From Ostreococcus lucimarinus (taxonomy: Eukaryota), in assembly GCA_000092065.1 (NCBI GenBank), contig CP000586.1: a stretch of 64,000 nt of DNA. The stretch is one strand, 5' to 3'. Position numbers and translations under genes: made by a program. Each line of letters begins with the position of its first letter. Positions within the stretch are counted from its first letter, which is position 1. The notes under the pieces are model-generated. The model did not search any database. It was not told where the DNA came from and was given only the letters and a program-made list of their open reading frames with translations. Positions 60,436 to 64,000 of this stretch are shown here, piece after piece.

Positions 60436-61170
60436 CTAACGGAGTTGTTTCGCGGGCTCGTGCTCTAGAATCTCGACGTCGAGACCCATGTCGCGCTCGA
60501 GCGCGCGCAGCGAGGCGCCGAGCGCGTCGATCGACGCCGCGCCCGCGCTCAATCGCACCAGAGCGTCCACGAGAAACAAACGCTCGGTTCCGAACGGCGC
60601 AGGCGCGGTATCCGTGGTCATACTCTCAATGTTCACGTCCCGATCGAACAAAACGCGCGTGAACGCGTGAGTGATTCCCGGGAAATCGTTCCCGCGGAGC
60701 AATACTCGACGATGCGTCGAAACCGTTTTCGCCGCGTCATCCTCGCTCGACGCGCGCACCGACGTCGTCAACCCCTCGATGCGCGCCAAATCGCTCTTGA
60801 AGGCGTCGACGTCGCTCTGATCTCGCACGAACGAGACGAGCATGGTGATCGTGAAGTCGCCGCGCAGTCGCGCCATGCGACTCTCCTCGACGTTTCCTCG
60901 CGCCGCCAACACCGCGGCCGTGACTTCGTTCACGATGCCCTTGCGATCTCGACCGAACGACGTGATGACGTATCGCGACACCGCGCCGTGCGCCGGTTTG
61001 CGCGCGCGCGCGACGTACGACGCGGACGGCGTCGTCGTCGCCGCGAGCGTGTCGAGCGGTCGCGGGAACGCCGCGTTCGCGGGCGGCGCGGCGCGAGACG
61101 CGCGCGAAGCGAGGAACGGGAGCGAACGCGCGATGCGCGCGATCGCGAGCGGGTCGACGGCGCGCGACAT
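60436..61170 (-). CDS. Plastid ACT-domain protein (ACR11/ACR12- or GcvR-like, two ACT domains)
   Basis: Transit-peptide-like leader. ACT-like units YVITSFGRDRKGIVNEVTAAVLAARGNVEESRMARLRGDFTITMLV and RVLLRGNDFPGITHAFTRVLFDRDVNIESMTTDT. Confidence 0.55.
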   Translation of the reverse strand: MSRAVDPLAIARIARSLPFLASRASRAAPPANAAFPRPLDTLAATTTPSASYVARARKPAHGAVSRYVITSFGRDRKGIVNEVTAAVLAARGNVEESRMARLRGDFTITMLVSFVRDQSDVDAFKSDLARIEGLTTSVRASSEDDAAKTVSTHRRVLLRGNDFPGITHAFTRVLFDRDVNIESMTTDTAPAPFGTERLFLVDALVRLSAGAASIDALGASLRALERDMGLDVEILEHEPAKQLR

Positions 61171-61459
61171 GACGCGTGCGCGGTCGAACGCGCGCGCTGT
61201 GGGTGTCGGAGTGCGGCGAACGCGCCCAGAGCGGCGCGGTCGGCGGCCATCGACAATCTACGAGCTAATGGTGGTTTACAAGTGCGCAGTGCGCGTGAAC
61301 CCAAAGTTATCTTCGTCCGCTTGAGTTTCGTTCGCGGCTGGGCCGAGCGGATCGTAGGAACCCGTGTTCTTCTCAAACTGGGACGCGAGATTCGGTTAGT
61401 CGTCATCGGAGCGGATTGAAAGTGCCGTTGTTCTTCTCGAACTACGGGCGATCGCGACG

Positions 61460-62404
61460 TCAGTCGTGTCGTAAAACGCGCACGTCCGCATACGATCGCG
61501 CGCGCGTCACGAGACGTACCTGCGTTGCGATTCCTGGGTTTCTGCGAAGCGTCCAGCACGGATCCCCTCCAAACGTTTGCCGCAAGTCCTCGAGAAGCAT
61601 CTCGATGTCCATAAACAGCAACGACGGAAAGTCACTGAGCATCAGATCTATTCTACAGTCTTTCGGCATCGCCTTTCGCAGCGCGGAGACGGCGATGGCC
61701 GCCCTGGAGTACGCTCGATCCTCGAGACACAGCGCCGGCCGCCCTCGGAGCAGTTTGACGATGTCCGCGTCCGGCATGAGCGCTCGTAAACCCGTCACAC
61801 GCTCCAAGATCCCGTCCAACTCTTCCTGCGACGCGAGCAAACACGACGGAATCGTCGCGAACAACCCATCGGCGTCGCACGCGTCTCCTAATCGCTCCCT
61901 CGTCGACGCCGCGCGTTCCCGCACCCCCTCGAGCGCTTCCTCTCGAAGACGCAGCAATCTCGGCTCGCGCGCGCACACGTCTCCCGCGTCCACGTCCGCG
62001 CTCGCGAAAGTATTTTTAATCGCCAACATGGCCGCCATCGTCTCCCTCAGATCCACCGCGAGCTCCGCCGCGAGCGCTCGCTTCACCTCGCCTCTCGCCA
62101 CTCTTTCGCCGAGCCCCGGGCACAGCGCGAACAACCGATCGACGTCGCGCGCCAGCGCGTCCGCGTCCACGCCCCGCGCGTCCGCGACGACGTCCGCGGC
62201 CAATCGCCCGAGCGCGTCGTCCGCGCGTCCCTCCAGGATGTGTTTCACCTTCACCGTTCGCCCGAGCAGGTTCAGCGCCGGCCGCGTCGGCGTCGCGCGC
62301 GCGTCGTCCTCCGCCGCGCGTCTCGCGCCGCGCGCGCGTCGCGATGCGCGCGTCGCGAAACGCGCGTCGCGCGGCGCCGCGCGCGCCGTCGCGCGCGACA
62401 TCGC
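61460..62404 (-). CDS. Organelle-targeted mTERF-family-like protein (tentative)
   Basis: Non-repetitive 314-aa ORF with an Arg/Ala-rich leader. Repeated helical motifs carry the mTERF-like hallmark ...LRRNPGI..., plus IVKLLRGRPALCLED and LFALCPGLGE. Weak, motif-level evidence only. Confidence 0.4.
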   Translation of the reverse strand, partial: AMSRATARAAPRDARFATRASRRARGARRAAEDDARATPTRPALNLLGRTVKVKHILEGRADDALGRLAADVVADARGVDADALARDVDRLFALCPGLGERVARGEVKRALAAELAVDLRETMAAMLAIKNTFASADVDAGDVCAREPRLLRLREEALEGVRERAASTRERLGDACDADGLFATIPSCLLASQEELDGILERVTGLRALMPDADIVKLLRGRPALCLEDRAYSRAAIAVSALRKAMPKDCRIDLMLSDFPSLLFMDIEMLLEDLRQTFGGDPCWTLRRNPGIATQVRLVTRARSYADVRVLRHD

Positions 62405-62432
62405 GCGTCTCGTAGTCGCGAGTCGGCACTCG

Positions 62433-63206
62433 ATGGCGCGCGCGACGCCTCGCGCGGCGCGCGCCGTCGACGCGCGACCGCGCGCGCGCGCGACGAGGCG
62501 CGCGTCGACCGCGCGCGGGTCGAACTTCGACGCCCTCGTGTTCGACCTGGACGGCGTGCTGTACGACGGCGCGAACGGGTACCTCGCGCACGTGCGCGCG
62601 CGACAGCGCGCGTACCTGCGCGAACGGTTCGGCATGACGGCGGCGGAGGCGGCGGCGACGCGGAAAACGGCGTTCGCGAAGGCGAGTCAGTGCTACAAGG
62701 GCCTGCGCGATCTCGGGCTGGACGTCGAGTCGCAGGAGGCGTTCACGGCGTACTGCCGCGCGGGCGCGGAGACGTTTCTGAAGCCGGACGCGGCGCTCGC
62801 GGAATGCTTGCGAGCGATGCCGTATCGGAAGGTGGTGATGACGAACACGAGCGAGACGGAAGGGATGAAAGCGCTGACGGCGCTGGGACTGGACGCGTCG
62901 TCGAGCGATGCGTTCGAGAAGGTGTACGGGGGGATTTTCACGGCGCCGGCGTGCAAGCCGCAGCGCGAGGCGTTCGAGAAGGTGTTCGCAGATCTGGGAC
63001 GCGACGTGGACCCGCGGCGGTGCGTGATGTTTGAGGATTCGATGAAGAATGTAAAGGCGGCGAAGTCGTTCGGCATGACGACGGTGTTCGTGCGCACGCG
63101 AGGCGAGAGCGTGCTCGACGACGACGTCGAAGCGTGTTGCGACGCCGTCGTCGACGAGATCGAGTTCGAACAACTGCGCCGGCAACTGCCCGAGCTGTTC
63201 GATTAG
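62433..63206 (+). CDS. HAD-superfamily hydrolase, SDT1-like pyrimidine 5'-nucleotidase
   Basis: Motif I ALVFDLDGVLYDG, CKPQREAFEKV, CVMFEDSMKNVKAAKSFGMTTVFV. The upstream part of ORF 61416..63206 is rejected (antisense to the mTERF-like gene). Confidence 0.7.
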   Translation: MARATPRAARAVDARPRARATRRASTARGSNFDALVFDLDGVLYDGANGYLAHVRARQRAYLRERFGMTAAEAAATRKTAFAKASQCYKGLRDLGLDVESQEAFTAYCRAGAETFLKPDAALAECLRAMPYRKVVMTNTSETEGMKALTALGLDASSSDAFEKVYGGIFTAPACKPQREAFEKVFADLGRDVDPRRCVMFEDSMKNVKAAKSFGMTTVFVRTRGESVLDDDVEACCDAVVDEIEFEQLRRQLPELFD

Positions 63207-63358
63207 GCGCGAGTCGCGATGCGCGCGACGAGCGAATTAGTGTACCGCCGCGCTTCAACCGGCGAAACGCGGTGGAATTATTTAAATGAAGATTGAGACT
63301 GTTGTAAAATGTTACACGGCGCCCGCCGACTAAAATAAAACGAGACGCGCGCGCGTCC
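63207..63358. terminator. AT-rich convergent 3' UTR island (HAD nucleotidase / SDH3) with TGTAA on both strands
   Basis: ...gagactgttgtaaaatgttacacggcg...aaaataaaacgag read directly. Confidence 0.45.
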
Positions 63359-63946
63359 CTACCACGTGTACGCCGCCAACGCCGCGCTCGCCGCCGCGCT
63401 CACCCCGAATATCGCCAACGAGCTCGCGTTCGCGCTTTCGTTATCGATCCCCTTCGTCGTCGAGTCCCACACCAAGTGTCGAAACCCGCCGAGCGTGTGA
63501 AACACGAACGGAAAACTCAGCGCAAACTTCACCGGCACCACCGCCAGCGGCGCGTTCGCTTTAAACATTTCCATCGTCATCGGCACCGCCTCCGCGCCTC
63601 CGACGAGCGCTATGATCCCCCCCGCGCTCATCGCTCCCGTGAGCGCGACGCCCGTGACGCGATTCGTGATCGAGCTCAGCGCCACCGCCGGAAACTTATA
63701 GTGCGCGCGCCAGCTCCCGTCCGCCGCGAACACGTCCGGCGACATCGGTCGCTTCTCCAGCAGCGCGCGGTGGTTCTTCGGCGTGCCCAGGAACCCGGTG
63801 CCGCCCGTCGCCGGTTGTCCGTAGTCGTCCGGGACACCGCGCGATCCGATCGCGCGCGTCGCCGTCGCCGCGCGCGTCGCCTCGACGATCGCGCGCGCCG
63901 TCGACGCGCGCCTCGCGCGATCCGCGATCGCGCGCGCCGCGGACAT
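63359..63946 (-). CDS. SDH3: Succinate dehydrogenase cytochrome b560 subunit (SDH3/SDHC), mitochondrial
   Basis: RPMSPDVF...ITNRVTGVALTGAMSAGGIIAL...AVVPVKFALSFPFVFHTLGGFRHLVWD aligns with SDHC (RPLSPHLTIYKW...HRGTGIAL...[23 protein letters not shown]). Complete within the window, with an Arg-rich presequence. Confidence 0.7.
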   Translation of the reverse strand: MSAARAIADRARRASTARAIVEATRAATATRAIGSRGVPDDYGQPATGGTGFLGTPKNHRALLEKRPMSPDVFAADGSWRAHYKFPAVALSSITNRVTGVALTGAMSAGGIIALVGGAEAVPMTMEMFKANAPLAVVPVKFALSFPFVFHTLGGFRHLVWDSTTKGIDNESANASSLAIFGVSAAASAALAAYTW

Positions 63947-64000
63947 GACCGCCGTCGTCGCGTCGCGTCGCGCTCTCGCGCGTCGGCGTCGGGCGATCGC

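Noticed and set aside
61416-62432. N-terminal 339 codons of plus ORF 61416..63206
   Set aside because: Antisense to the mTERF-like gene and Ser/Ala/Arg-rich. The HAD domain begins at the ATG at 62433.
1-64000. CRISPR arrays, tRNA/rRNA genes, transposons, prokaryotic defence or toxin-antitoxin systems
   Set aside because: Scanning by eye found no repeat-spacer arrays, no rRNA-like blocks, no ORFs with reverse-transcriptase, integrase or transposase motifs, and no tRNA-like T-loop/anticodon architecture in intergenic spacers. The tandem GTTTCGAAC near 48051..48085 is just a short direct repeat in a 5' UTR. All confidently identified genes are eukaryotic nuclear types, several with spliceosomal introns, so a prokaryotic-style 'system' is not supported.

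Overview
This window is not bacterial. It is a compact, very GC-rich (about 65% by eye) eukaryotic nuclear fragment, most consistent with a Mamiellophyceae green picoalga such as Micromonas (inference from gene content and GC). It carries about 38 protein-coding genes on both strands, roughly one per 1.7 kb. Most are housekeeping genes:
- Replication, chromatin and RNA: PCNA, RAD21/SCC1 cohesin, the MTR4 exosome helicase, a DEAH-box helicase, Y14/RBM8A, PABPN1, RPL17/uL22, tyrosyl-tRNA synthetase, EIF1AD, a Rho-family GTPase, a cold-shock-domain protein and a probable Nup205-like nucleoporin.
- Metabolism: bifunctional HPPK-DHPS (folate), GAR transformylase and glyoxalase II.
- Plastid or alga-specific: granule-bound starch synthase I, a CRTISO-like carotenoid isomerase, a thylakoid-lumen pentapeptide-repeat protein, an ACT-domain ACR-like protein and an SDH3 gene at the right edge.

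At least six genes carry one or two short spliceosomal introns (77-288 bp) with GTGCGT, GTGAGT or GTACGT donors and CAG acceptors. I reconstructed these by eye from conserved protein sequence continuity: PCNA, RAD21, the DEAH helicase, CRTISO-like, the cold-shock protein and the PhyH-like oxygenase. Intergenic spacers are tiny, including several head-to-head pairs with start codons only 28-100 bp apart. Gene 3' ends sit in short AT-rich islands carrying the green-algal TGTAA poly(A) motif.

I found no rRNA, tRNA, CRISPR, transposon or prokaryote-type defence island.

The elements most likely to be genuinely undescribed are:
- a 1224-aa membrane-anchored or secreted protein (5687..9361, minus). 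It has three tandem C-terminal repeats of about 120-150 aa of an unrecognised beta-rich module and two amphipathic alternating-residue stretches reminiscent of pore-forming-toxin hairpins;
- a MORN / SET-like / METTL13-like methyltransferase fusion (1565..3757);
- an ankyrin-LRR-KH protein (20056..22275);
- a cysteine-rich small secreted protein (32839..33435).

Because of the extreme GC content, the six-frame track is full of long spurious antisense ORFs. I treated these as artefacts unless they showed recognisable protein-family signal.
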